From: Vicugna vicugna
Lineage: Eukaryota
Direction: 5' to 3'
DNA: 64,000 bases
NCBI GenBank assembly: GCA_013265495.1
Contig: MU057865.1
Span: 496,001-560,000, forward strand
Each line of letters begins with the position of its first letter. Position 1 is the first letter of the stretch. Below are positions 48,357-61,215 of this stretch, piece by piece. A model generated the notes under the pieces. The model was not told the origin of the DNA. It saw only the letters and a list, made by a program, of their open reading frames with translations, and did not search any database. Position numbers and translations under genes: made by a program.

Positions 48357-48568
48357 CCTGTGGTGAGCTGGGGCGGGCAGGTGCTGGATCAGGAGGCTGA
48401 ATGTGCACATGTCTTCCCAACTTTGCACTCTGTGACATCACTTGGAAAGCCTGACATCAGCCACGGTGGGACTACTTACATCGTGGAAACTGACAAGCAC
48501 TACAAATGAGGCTTTCTTGCTTTTTCCACAGAAAGATGGTTGTTAAACATCTACCAGAACATCACTGG
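48357..48568 (+). mobile_element. MER63A-like hAT-Blackjack MITE
   Basis: CCTGTGGTGAGCTGG...TGTGCACATGTCTTCCCAACT...GCCACGGTGGGA...GGTTGTTAAACATCTACCAGAACATCACTGG, with imperfect terminal inverted repeats. Confidence 0.8.
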
Positions 48569-51500
48569 ATATTGTAATACTTAACATTGAAGCCATAGAC
48601 AATAGTCAAAATTTTGTTCAGAAGTTTTTTTTTTCTTTTAGAATTATCCTTTTAAAAATAGCTTTTGCTAAGTATAGTATTACGAACTAGGGGCATATGA
48701 ATAATAGACCTACAAAGTAAAGCCCACTTATATCTCTACCTGGAGATATAAGGGGATCTACTGAAATAAACAGTTGAGATCAAAGTAGAGAATTGGCTGA
48801 TATTTAGTGCCCCATCATTTAATATACTTTAAGACCTGTCCTATACCTACAATATGATTATTTTAAGGAATGCAAAAGATGGATATGTTTGACCTTAGAG
48901 AACTTACAGTCTAACTATCAAGACAAAACCTAAACAAATAAAATACTTGGAAAACAGTGACTGACTGTTAAAAGGATGAAAAGAAGTACAGGACAAATTG
49001 AGAGGCAAGAAGAGCTGAGGATTGGGTACAATCATCAATGGTCCACAATGAAGGTGAGACCAGAGCAGAATCTTAAAGGAAGAGCAGTGTTTGAACATCT
49101 GGGGCCCAGAGAGGCGACTGCCTACATGGTCAAGGAGCAATATAAGCAAAATGTCTACAGGAGCAGGCGCTGCCCACATAGGGTCTGTTAATAGACCTTC
49201 CTGGCAAGAGTAGAGAGTGCAGCTGAAAAATAGTGTCGACAGAATGAGATACAGAGGAAGGAAGGAAGGGGAGAAGAGAGAGGGTAGGTATGGACTAAAG
49301 TCAGCTCCTCTGCCTCTAGGTCCACGGCTCTTGCCACAATATCACATAGTCTGGCCCTTGATTTCTTGAAAACTCCAGCAGTTCCCCTAAAGTATTGTTT
49401 TAGCGAAGTGCTAATCAGAAAAGAAAAAAAACATTGCATGCAGGAACACAGGAGTTTGAATCAGCTGTGCCCCCGGCAAATGAACATTTAAAAGTGGCTT
49501 GATTGAGTCTAGAAACAGCCTTCCGTGTCTGGGTGATGGTCAAGGTTGACCAAGGGGCCTGACTCTATATGTAGCTGAAAAGACACCAAGGGTCAATACC
49601 GTACGATGCAAAAGGAAAGAGGTCCAGTCATTGGGAAGGAAGGAGACTGAAGATGCAATTAAAAGGAACTCCTGAATCCAGAGCACGTATTAAGAATTAT
49701 ACCTCTAAATATTTCCCAAATCGCAGAATTACTGCAAGTTAGCTCACCAGGGAACCAAGGATGCTTTTGACAGAACTACAAAATCCCCTGGTAAAGATAA
49801 ATGGGGTATAATTTAAGTAGTCCCAAACTTTTCTGCAAGCTTCAAGATCACTGCACATTGTTGGATCTGTTCGTAATGGCCTGGACTGTATCCCAAAAAT
49901 GCCAGTGGGAGAGACTCAAGCGGACTGGCCAGGCTGGAAAAGGAAAATGAAGCCATTTGGACTTGGCTGAGGCTATGGATGGTCTGATAGTTTGCAATTT
50001 ATAATTTTGGAGGGGGGAGGTCCCTTTAACATTCTTTATCTGCCTTTATTTGCTCAACAGCCCTTTGCTGAAGCTCACGCTCAGCTTACCACATTCGGTG
50101 GAGCACACAGCAGTGGACAGGGGAATTTAATCTAGGAATCAGCCTGACTTGTCTCTGCAATGGATTTCAGCTTCCAGGGCTGTGCTATGGGGATGCTTGA
50201 GCAAGAGCCCTGTCTGGGTCAGGTGGCCTGACAGCCTTGCCAGCATCCCTAACAATGCCTTTTGGGCAGTGCTGTCAAGCAGACTCCCATCTCCTTAACA
50301 GACAGCGATGAGCATTTTAATAAAACGAGGTTCTGGTTGTTTTGAAGCATGAAGCATGGTAGAAAGGAGAATCTGATCAGTTTTCGCCATGCCTTTCATA
50401 ATTGTGAATCCTTCCAGCTGACTGCCAGCAATTTGCCTTCCCAGACATTCAGAATAGATCATCCTCACTTCGAGCTGTCTCACACACACTGCTGGGGGTT
50501 CTTTCAACCTGCCTCCTAGCTTTCAGGTGTGAAGATGGCAGACATCCAGTCTCTCTGAAGAAAAAAGCCTTCATTGTTCATTGTGCCACTGTATCTTCCA
50601 ACCCTTTTTGTTACATCCCGGAAAACCTGTTTGCTTTTTGACTGCTGCCACATGCTGGGAAAACATCTTTACTGAGCGGTCCTCAGTGCTGTGGCTTGAG
50701 TCCTTTTCATCAGGGGGCCGGTAAGTCCCTAGCTGAGATGAAAAGTCAGAATGTTTCTGTCCACCTGGCTATCTTTATGTAGAACCAATTCGAATGTCAT
50801 TGGTCCCTGTGCTGCCTTGTTGCTGAAATTTTCTTGGAATCGTCACCATCTTCCCAGAAGGCATAATTCAACACCATTGGCAAATACTCTCCAATTAGAA
50901 TTCCTTCTAGTTCTAAATACATGTGTCACATTAAGGGTATTCTACAAGAGGGCCTTTTCCAATAAAACAAGGAGATTCAGGGTCCAACGTGCTACAAGAA
51001 GGAATCCTTGTCCTCATTGCCAAAAATAAACCCCCCTGCAATCTATCTCCTATGTTTTAAAAAATCTCTTTTTCCCTTCAACGTATAAAACAGCATAATT
51101 TCTATTGACTAGACCTTAATTTAGATTCTAAACACACTTGGTCACTGAGTGGACACATTTTAAGGATACCTTGTCACAGGGCATATAATGATGGTAAGAG
51201 AAAAAAGGTATCAGTCATTCACACCTTAAATTAAATAAATTTATTTAATTGCATTGCTTCCCTCATCACATACAGCAGAGAGCAGCTGCATTAAGGAGTG
51301 CAGTTAATAATGTGGGACAGAGAAAAATGAGATTAAGAAGAAAACAAAACGTGATGTTCAACAAGTAACTCTCTAAGGAAGACAAACCTGATTAAACAGA
51401 GGATGATTCTCTGTAAGAAGGGCTGTGAGGACATTGAGAGCCTAGAAAAGATTGGTGATGAGCTCACTAGGTAGAGAGAGAGAGCTGTGTAGAAATACGA

Positions 51501-52034
51501 GTCTCCCTCAACCAACATCTTAAACTTGTCCTCTTGGAAGAGGACAATAGACAGTCAGGATACCTTAATTTGATTCAATAGATTCATTTGACCCCGTTCC
51601 TCTGCCTTATATACTAGTCCTTGAAAAACCTGGCCAGGTTGCTGTAGGCACCACTCAGTCTCCTTCTCCAGCATCAAACCTGCTCTTCTTATAAACTGCT
51701 TTCCACATCCCACAGTCACCCATACTTAAAGGGGACACAGACCCACGCTCCACACAGTCCTGGCCGAACAGCCATTCTTTTGTAGCTGTAACATATCATC
51801 ACACCAGCTACATGCTGAGAACAGTAAGGAGCTGAGCAGGGGAGTAATCTTTGCTTCACGGCAACTACTGGAAGACTTCATGGAAACGGTGAGCCAACTC
51901 TACAGTGTCATCTTAGCCACAAAGGGGCAACTATATCTACAGTCCTTTTCTGAATTTAAGCAATTTAGGGGTTGACATCATAACTTCTGCTTCTTTCTAT
52001 TCATAGAACAGTGCCTTACACAGCGTAGTGATGC

Positions 52035-52215
52035 TAAGAACTAATATTTATTAAGTGATTGCTGTATGTTAGACTGGGGGTTGAATGCACTGCGGGACTT
52101 CTCTCATTTAACCCTCACAATAGCTCTATGATTTATGTTCTGTTATTAGCCCCATTTGACAGATGTGAGCACTGAGACTTGGTCCAGTTCAAGTGGCCTG
52201 TCAAAGTCTCATTCT
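52035..52215 (-). mobile_element. MIR SINE
   Basis: CTCATTTAACCCTCACAATAGCTCTATGA...ATTAGCCCCATTTGACAGATGTGAGCACTGAGACT core. Confidence 0.8.
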
Positions 52216-55200
52216 TTCTGTAGGAAGAACTGAAATTAAATTCGTGTTTGTCTGATAATGAACACCCACTAGATTTGGGAAGCAAATAATTCCTTAGGCT
52301 GAATCTTTGGGGAAATCAGAAATCCAGGAAGTTCTGCATTTACAGGACTGCCCTGAAGCCATCCTTCTAGAATCTGGCCCCACCTCACCTACTGAGTGAA
52401 CCTCCCCCTTTTCCGAGTAGAGGGACTCTGAGCGCCTCCAGCTAATCGTACACTGGCTTTCAGTAGTGTGTTCTCCCCTTCTGCCTTCCCGGTCTCGTCT
52501 ACCTTTCAGGCTCCTACTGAGAATCTCTATGAAGGTTTAGTTGAGGGTCTGACGTTTTGTACTGAACCTCTTCTAAGCTGCTTTCCTGATTCCAAAAAGA
52601 AAGCAATGATTGTCTCTGCTTCACAGTCATCACATGAGGATTAACTGATACAGGGCACATAGAACAGTCTGACATGTAGAAAGTGTTCAGTAAATAGGAA
52701 GAGGGTTGATAACAATACCTTTATTATTGTTGTATCAGCAAAGATTGTCATTATTGTTGTAGTTTTTTCATCAGACTATCTTCATCACTTTCTTCTCTGA
52801 GCTTTCTCAAAGCCAGCACTTTAGTAGCAATTATGTTTTACGTGTGAGCTGTTTTATTTTATCAACTGGTGACATATATTCCCTTGACGGCAAGGGGTAG
52901 CTGTGTACAAAATTTTTGAGGACAAAACTCCTGTCCTCACTTTGGCACTAATGAGAATGTGCCTGGGCAGCTTGGTGTGTGTGATTTTTTTCTGGTCCTG
53001 AGTCATCTGCACGTAGGCAAAGATCCTATATGACAATTACCAGATGCCAAAGGGGAAACCATCCTTGCCTTCGGATTAAATGCACTCTTTCTTGGGATGA
53101 CTGGTGTCAATATCTTGCTTGCTTGATTTCCTGGATTTCGAGCTATACGTTTACTTCAGTTGTATGTCCTGGTTTTTCCTTCTCACCTTTGAAGATGTAA
53201 ACTTTGGCTTCCAGACCTTTAACTTGCTCAGGGTATCATATCTTAGACACCCGACTGCAAATTTGCCCTTGAATCAATTATCTTTGAGAAAATACAGTGG
53301 CAAGTCGTGGAGGAAGGACTCAGCATACTCTGTTCGAGTATTTTCTGTGGTGGTGGTTGTTTTCAACAGAGTGTGTCTGCTTTCAAGGAATTTCTAGTCA
53401 GATTATGTAAAAACATGTCTTTGTGCAATAAATTTAATCTCATCCTTAGCCTCTTGCTTCTGACACCTTGAAGTAAATACTTGGACTAAACACTCTGTCC
53501 TGAGTGCCTAGTAAACTAAGTTATCTCAGCCTAAAAGGAATAGAGGACACCAGAAATTGCATTTATTGAGCAATTCCTTCCAACCTCCAAGATCTACATC
53601 CCCAAATCCAGAAACAGGAGAATTTCCATGGAAATTTATAGACGGCGTTTGCAAGGATGCTAATGAGGATATATATTCATCTGACACTTCAAAAAATATT
53701 GAAAACTACAGAAACTGTTGTAGGAATGTATAATGATGTGCTAGATGTCTGTTTTACCCCAAGCCTGACACAAGTTTCATCTGCTCTGAGTGAAATCGTG
53801 CCCTCTGCTCGTCGAAACATTCAAAGGACTTGAAGACTACCTTTCTGCATTCCAGCATATTAGAGAGAATGGAAACATCATAAAACTGAATTTTAAAAGT
53901 AACTGACAAAGGAAACCAGAGATAAGACGTATCTGAGACAATGCAGGGAATTCAAAGTAAAGAAATGACTTTGAGTGGAAGAGAACAAAGATAATGATAT
54001 TTAAACACACATACACAAAATATAATTGCCATGGTCTCTGTAGAGACTCAGCCGGGCAAGGTTTATGAGTGGAAGGGCATAATTTGTTCTTAAGATAGTT
54101 TAATAGGTAGAGAAGTAAAACAAGTTTTATGTCTTCAAAATGTCTATAACTCTGAAAAATCAATGAAAATGGAGTGGTGGATATGGTGGGAAGTATTTGA
54201 AACTCAGATAAGAGGAATTAGACACAGAATCAATGATGTAGCAGGAATAGGCTGCAAAAGTCATGCAGGGGGAAGATGTGGACCATGCTTTTCAAATACA
54301 GATCACAGAAAGTCTATGTTAAAAATGGGCTACATACATATGTATATGAACTAGTTTGGCTACAAGTAAGAGCTACATACTTAACATAACCTGATGTCCA
54401 TTTAATTTTTATCAAATGCTGAAGGAAACCAATATTCTAGACTATTTTTGATTTTGAAGAAAGTGACAAGAACCTGGCAACAAAGTAATGGTAACAATGC
54501 TGGAATTCATAATCAAGAGTAAGAAAAGGCAATGCTAAGCTAGAGGCGCCCAATACGGCAGAGCAAGGAGAAGGTGGAGGTGCGGCAGAACCACCCGGAT
54601 GGTGTTATGAAACACAGTGCCTTCCTCACCTGTAACTGGTAACATGTCCAGATCTCTGTGGTGTCAAAGGGTGGGTAAAGGGTGGGGTCAGTCTGTCTTA
54701 GAGAACCCACAATACCAGATCTTCCCCGGTCACTGAGCAGGTCCACAGCAAGGGCTGGCTCCAGGGGACCCAGTTTCAGATTTCCTGTATGACACCCCCC
54801 CAAAAAAAAAAGTAATGCCAGTGGGAACTTATTAGATTCCTCTTGGGAGTGGAAGTTGGGACCATCATGTTTGGGGCTGTATATACCCCCCGGGCTTTTC
54901 TTTTTAACCATTCAGAAGAAGACACTTTCAAGACAGAAATGGTGAATTTTCTGTTCTTCAGGAGTGTTGAGTCTCTAAGCAACGCTTTCTGTTTGACCCT
55001 ACTTGTAACCTGCCTGTGTAGAGTTGTTTATGCTGGTTACAGGAGACGTGTGACTCTGCAGAAGGGAGAGGATTGGTTAACTAGGCTTTGGAGTCATATG
55101 GATTTGGTGTTGCTGGTAGGGAGTGTAGTCAGAAAGCCAAAGAAGAGAGCCAAGGCCAGGGGTAGATCCAGGAAGAAGAGCTGTAGTTGTGGCTGCTGGT

Positions 55201-55241
55201 GGTGGAGTATCCAGACAAGGAGGGAACAGGCCAGAGAAAGA

Positions 55242-55376
55242 GGGGAGGGGGAGAGCTCAGTGGTAGAGTGCACACTTAGCACGCATGGGGTCCTCAGTTC
55301 AATCCCCAGTGTCTCTACTCAAAATAAATAAGTAAGTAAATAAACCTAACTACCTCCTTCCCAAAGCAAGCAGAGT
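55242..55376 (+). mobile_element. tRNA-Ala-derived vic-1-like SINE, long form
   Basis: GGGGAGGGGGAGAGCTCAGTGGTAGAGTG...AGTTCAATCCCCAG...AAATAAACCTAACTACCTCC. TSD CAGAGAAAG at 55232-55240 and 55377-55385. Confidence 0.88.
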
Positions 55377-55758
55377 CAGAGAAAGGGATGGGAAAGGAAT
55401 TGCAGAAGAAATGACAAAGTCTCTTTATGCTACAACTTAAACAAACACTGTTAGATTAGCATTGAGGCAGTCATGTGGCTGAGGAAGGGATGTGAAAGTC
55501 TGAAAAATAATGTTCACTTTAGAAATTCAGAGCATGAAGAGTCATTTAGAGAAAAGTTGACTATGCTGGTTTTAAAATCAGATGAAGTCAAAGATTAAAA
55601 GGATGGAGGAAAGAAGGAACACATGACTAAGAGCAAATATAAAAGAGAACCATAAAATTAAACGGAAACAAAAACAAAAAAAACAAAAGAGAATTTCAAG
55701 AAATCTAATTCCAGGCTAAACCGAGGCTCACAGAAATAAAATTTAAAAATGGTACCAA

Positions 55759-55977
55759 GTAAATTTGGGAGTCTGAGATTTGCAAATGATAACCATTGTA
55801 TATAAAAATAGATAAAAAAACAAGTTTTTTCTGTATAGCACAGGGAACTATATTCAATATCTTACAATAACTTTTAATGAAAAAAACATAAAAACAAATA
55901 TATGTATCTATATATGCATCACTGGGACATCAGAAATTGACACACTGTAACTGACTATACTTTGATTAAAAAAAAAA
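55759..55977 (+). mobile_element. 5'-truncated L1 3'UTR fragment
   Basis: TGGGAGTCTGAGATTTGCAAAT...CTGTATAGCACAGGGAACTATATTCAATATCTT...GTAACTGACTATAC plus polyA. TSD core GTACCAA at 55752-55758 and 55978-55984. Confidence 0.92.
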
Positions 55978-56025
55978 GTACCAACGATTGTTAATGCCAT
56001 ATACAGATCAAGAATAAGGAAAGAT

Positions 56026-56112
56026 GGGAAGGATATAGCTCAGTGGTAGGGTGCATGCTTAGCATGTGCAAGGTCCTGGGTTCAATCCCCAGTACCTCCA
56101 TTAAAAAAGAAA
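56026..56112 (+). mobile_element. tRNA-Ala-derived SINE, short form (head plus A tail)
   Basis: GGGAAGGATATAGCTCAGTGGTAGGG...GGGTTCAATCCCCAGTACCTCCA plus A tail. TSD TAAGGAAAGAT at 56015-56025 and 56118-56128. Confidence 0.9.
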
Positions 56113-56290
56113 AAGGGTAAGGAAAGATCTTGTGTAATACCGGGGAACTAGAATATAAAGGCAGCAGATGGCAAAGAGAAGATCAGCTTTTGCTCTGCTT
56201 CTGTTGCACTTGCATGCTTTCTAAGCAGCAGGTGGATCCTCCCCTTTATGCTCCAGTCTTCAGGGTAGTGTATGGGTCACTGTTATTGCT

Positions 56291-56372
56291 TTTTTCTTTT
56301 TTTTTTAATTTGATGGAAGTACTGGGAATTGAACCCAGGACCTCATGCAGCCTAAGCATTCACTCTGCCACT
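56291..56372 (-). mobile_element. 5'-truncated tRNA-Ala-derived SINE
   Basis: Reverse complement reads AGTGGCAGAGTGAATGCTTAGGCTGCATGAGGTCCTGGGTTCAATTCCCAGTACTTCCA plus polyA. Possible TSD TTGCTTT. Confidence 0.88.
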
Positions 56373-59300
56373 TTGCTTTGTTGTAATCACCACTTTTTAT
56401 CATTTCATGACTTTATATTTACAGATTTTTTTTCACTAGTAGAAATGTGTGGGTCTATCATTATATTTGCAAGTATTCAGTATCTTTGGTTTACATTTGC
56501 AGATCAAGGTCAGTAAGTTGCTAAAGCTCAAGGTCACAGCACTGCAATAGTGTGAGTATTGCTTTGACTGTCGTGGACACACATGACACTCATTTTAGGC
56601 TTAACTTCTCTTTCTTTTCTTTTTACGTTTAAGAACTAAAACTTCAGGGGAAAAAAAATCCCGAGTTCCTTATTTTAGTCTGAATGCGATCTGAAGGTAG
56701 TTAACCTTGGAAAGAAAGTGGAAATGAAGACAAACTTTCCTTCTGGCCTCCTGATGCTTCTGTGTGAATTGATGGATCCCTCAAGGATGAATGCGACACC
56801 ATGACAAGTGTGGAGGGAAAAGTTATGCTGAAGCTGACATTCACAGGTTGTATTAATTATAAGTATCCATCTCCCTAGTGATCATGTACTCTTTTTTCCC
56901 CAGGAAGCAAACCGACCAAGAATCTTACTTTTGATGGAAAGGAAGAATGTTTGGAGTTCTTGCTAAGCTTCAACACCTTTAAGTTAAATTAATCTTCACA
57001 ATAACTTTAGCAATCTGTAAATATCAAACTTACGTATGAAAGGTGGGTGGGACGGATGGATGTACATTTTCTGTTTCTCGTGGTAGTGCACAGAACTTGG
57101 AGTGAACCCCAGTTCAATTAATACGAATGGGCAAAAAGTTGGACTTTATTTTGGAGGCTGAAGGTGACAGAGTTGTTTTAGCTATGATCAAGATTTTTCT
57201 TTCTGTTCAGTTGCTGGAGGTGTGTTCCTTCCTTTAAATTCTTGGATGCTGAATGTAACTATGACGGTGATGCCAAAAAAAGAAAGAGAAGTTGGCTTGT
57301 CATCAGCACCTCTGTAAGGTGAAGGTTCAGAAAAACAAAAAACAAAAAAACAAAAACAAAGCAGTGGGCATATGAACACCACAAATGCACGGTATCACCT
57401 CCTGCAGATCAGAAACCAGTCAGCCACTTTCTAAAGAAAACACAAACGTACCCAGGAGAACCACTCAGTTTGACTGGCTGTCATGTTTTGGGCCAAGATG
57501 TAAAAAGAAAATGGTGTTGACAGTATGTTCACAAGGAAGTTCTACGGCAACAAACTGCATGTATATATGTTTAATCTTCTCACACCATTTGCTGATATGC
57601 GGACACAGCTTCAGACAGCCTGTCTGGCTAATTCAGGTCAAACTCGATGCATTTTCTCAGCGGGTTCTTTTGCATGAGTTAAGTGCAGCCAACATTTCAC
57701 CCACAAATATTCTAGTTCTCGTGATTTCCATATCCGCCGAGGGCTTTGAAATTACGTCATTTTCCTAAGATGATCCTTTATTCGCAGAGTGGACTTTTGT
57801 TGCTATTTCTGTTTCTGCTTGTTTTCTTCTTTCCAGGTAGCTTCACAAGAGCGAAGGAACAGACTTTTCTTAACTTGGACAGGAACTTTCTTATCTGAGA
57901 TGCTTTAAAGCCTTTTTTCCACGTTCAATGAAAGCAATTATCTTAAGTGAACAAGCATAGGCAGAAATATTTGAGAGGTAGTCCAGGAAGATACTTCTAT
58001 TTTTTTTAAAAACCAACCACTTTTCATGTGTTTTTGATTTATTGGGATGTACATAGCAAACTGCATGGATTTTCCTGAAGTGGTAAATTGCAGTTTAAAT
58101 GTGCACAGTCCCTGTTCGCCAACATTTTATTCAACTGTCCATCATGTACTCATAGCACTAAATTTTGCTTCCTTTACAATATGAATTTTATATTGTTCAG
58201 AAGCTCAAGAGCAATTTTCTTCTAGTCAACTGTTTTCCTACAGGAAAATGTCACCGTGTAGATAAGTCACAATAAGATCAACTCATGAATATTCACGGGG
58301 TGTATTTTGAGTGCGGTATTACCCACTTAATGCTCTTTTGCTGGCTAGATCACCCATATTCCTGATTACTTTCCCCCATTAAATCCTTAATTGCTATTTA
58401 AACCAGGCAATTTTTCATAGTAATTCTTGCCCAGTCTAGTGTCCTGGTATTGCCACTTGATATTACATATGACACGTAATTCCCTCTCATTCTTGAAATT
58501 TATGTGTAATTCATTTCTTGCTTTGCTTTTCAAATCAGAGCGTTTTAATATTTTAAAATTCATTGGCCACCCTTTTCCAAAAGAGAGGACTTCCGAGCCG
58601 TCCTTAGAAAACAGATCCCAGATCCCACTACGGAAATTCTATAATATATCCCTTTCATTAAAAAAAAAAAGATCTCAGTTAGTATAATCATTCAAAAGTC
58701 TTCATTTCTCAATTTAGAACAAAATATTTTACACTTGGATGTAAAATATTAGTTGGTGCTAGGCATAGAGATACACCATTTTGAGCTGCTGTGACTCCCT
58801 AGAAATCCTAGAAGCTAGTAAATCTTTTTTCTCAGAATTGACATTCACTCCTAAACACTCCCCTCTCCAACTTTCGCTACACAGTTTCTTGCCAACTAGT
58901 TAATGAAGATGTAAAAAGTCTTTATTCAATGTCTGCAGAAATACAACATCATGCATATTTTCTTGCTTAGATTTTGGTTAATGTTTTTGGAAGTGTCGAC
59001 AAACTTTGAAGAATCTTGGCTGTGTTGATATTAGGTACTATTCAATCGAGTCTGAATTGACTATATACTGCCTGGTGAATGAAAAGTTTACTTTTTCCTA
59101 TAAAGATGAAAGTTTTATCATATAGAATTTCTAATATTCAATCTAATATCAATCAACCATGGAAATATATTGAAGTTTATATTTTGACATGCTTGGAATA
59201 TTTGAATTAGTACGTGCATATGCTTGTGTTTACTTGAATAATTCAGGTAATGGACTTCTACACGAATGTGACGTGTTCCGCCCTCTCTGTATCTGGCTTT

Positions 59301-59564
59301 GATTCTTACTTTTTATTTTAAGTTCTGAGGGACAGTCTCCGCTCCATTGTTTGGCAGGCTAGATCATTCTGGTCCGGCGTGCTAGTCATGCTTGGGTGAC
59401 CTGTGATGCGATTATAGGGAAATGCCTGTTGCAGTTGATCAAGCTAACTGCCTGACCCCACGTCACAGTGAAACTATCCCTAAGGGAGGTAATGCATTCT
59501 GTGAAGGTCTATTTTATTTTCACTTTTGTGGGAATAGGTTTCTGTAGGGGCATTTGAGGGGTAT

Positions 59565-59730
59565 GTAGAATACAGCAATTTCGGAGTCAATCAGACCTGA
59601 GATTTGGCCCAGAAAGACCAGTTCTTTGATCTTAATCAAAGATTAAGTTAGTTATTAGTTAGTTAGTAATTACTTAGTTAATCTCTCCATGCCTCAGTTT
59701 TCTTATCTATTGAACATGGGTATTAATACT
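59565..59730 (+). mobile_element. MIR SINE fragment
   Basis: GGAGTCAATCAGACCTGAG...TTAATCTCTCCATGCCTCAGTTTTCTTATCTAT, interrupted by a short TTAG repeat. Confidence 0.65.
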
Positions 59731-61019
59731 GGTAGGTAGGGGCTAGTCTGTCCAAACCTGATCGTTTGCAAAGCGGTTGGCTGCCTTCGGAGCCCTCTGG
59801 CAGCCCGTTATGATCTAATGCCGTATGGCTCGGGTTAGTTCCAAACCCTCCACCCCCGTATTCATCATGCCTTTTGGGGAACTAGTGCTCGTCTGGTCAA
59901 GCGTGCTCACATGGTGGGTCCTGACACTATCTTGACACAGTACATCATTGCAACTACAAGGCTTGGACCCCAGATCGCCACATGAAGGGGGATTGGTTCT
60001 ATCTAGAACCGTACACATTAAGCGTCCAGAAAAGGGCTGATGCCAAGATTCTGCCATGTCTTGTTTCTATTTGTATCTTGGCTCCCAATGATGGCAGTAA
60101 AGAGGCATTCCTAAACATGGAGTTTATAGAAAAGAGCCTGAAAAGTTGGGTCTCTCTTCCAGCCTCACGAAGTCCCTTCAGGCTGTTCTGTACATAACTC
60201 AGTGGGAAAGGCCAATACACACACCTACTTCTGCTTTTGTTTTCACGCCCTTTCCCCAAAGAAAGATGCTCCAGTAGTTTAGGAAAAAATCTTAATTTTC
60301 CCAAGTCACTTGCTTTAGTGTTTAAATTCATCCGATAATTGCACAATTATCCACTTTGTTTCGACTGTGTAGATAACCTGGCTCAAGTCCATTAACCAAC
60401 TAATGTACATCAAAGATGAGAAAATCAGGAGATTGTGCATATGTTGATATTTCAGGTTTCAACCCAAAGGTTTGCCTGTAACACTGATGTCTGCTGTCCT
60501 CATTAAGAATTATCAAATCAAAGTAGTATGCATTGAAACCAGCAAATAAGTTGAAGTAGGTATTTACTCTTTGGCTGCCAGCTTGGAGAGACACTTTCTT
60601 CACCGGAGGAAGAAAAGTTAAATGTCCCTTTTGATTCTAGAAGACATTTCAGGTACGAATATCTCAACTTTTGGTGAGAGTTAACTCACCAGATTTGAGC
60701 ATCGCTACAAGTACCTAGAATGGATTGTATCAGGCTTCGTTTCTGATGGGCCGCCATGTCCAGCCCTCCCAGCTGGAACTAGTAATGCCCTTCTCTCACA
60801 GAGGTCTCCTCGCCCTAACTCCTGCCAGCATCAGTGACTGTGGCTGAGCCGTTGGTGGCACCTGACTTCTAGTAGGCTGCTAGGCTAGCTGACCTGTAAG
60901 ATGATGGCCTCATTGTTTTGCTCCATAGCAGTCTTTTCCTCCTCTGGGGCTATAACTCTGTCCTGAACTTCAGCTTGGATGGGGTTGCCTGCCCTGCTAC
61001 ATGGGGTGACCTTGGGCCC

Positions 61020-61215
61020 AAGATGGCACAACAGAACGATCATGGGCTTTGGAGTCAGAATCCACATTCTGTCTCTTACAAATTGAATCGCCTTGGGCAA
61101 GTGACTTAATTTTCTTGATCATAATGGTGCTTATTTATAAGATATAATACACATCTCATATTCTGTGAGGGTGAAATGGGCTAATGTACATGAAGGAGCA
61201 AGCACAGGGCTCGGC
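61020..61215 (+). mobile_element. MIR SINE fragment
   Basis: ATGGGCTTTGGAGTCAGA...CCTTGGGCAAGTGACTTAA...TGTGAGGGTGAAATGGGCTAATGTACATGAAG. Confidence 0.65.

Noticed and set aside
48976..49191. 71-aa ORF with plausible composition
   Set aside because: It overlaps degenerate L2-like sequence and has no splice or homology support.
51229..51250. Perfect 22-bp palindrome AATTAAATAAATTTATTTAATT
   Set aside because: It is A/T-only, low complexity and plausible by chance or slippage, with no supporting context.
54843..55331. 162-aa ORF, the longest non-L1 ORF
   Set aside because: It has a non-ATG start, no recognisable domain, and a C-terminus read through a SINE.
58723..58750. 11-bp inverted repeat AATATTTTACA/TGTAAAATATT
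   Set aside because: It is short and AT-rich, with no TSD or further structure.
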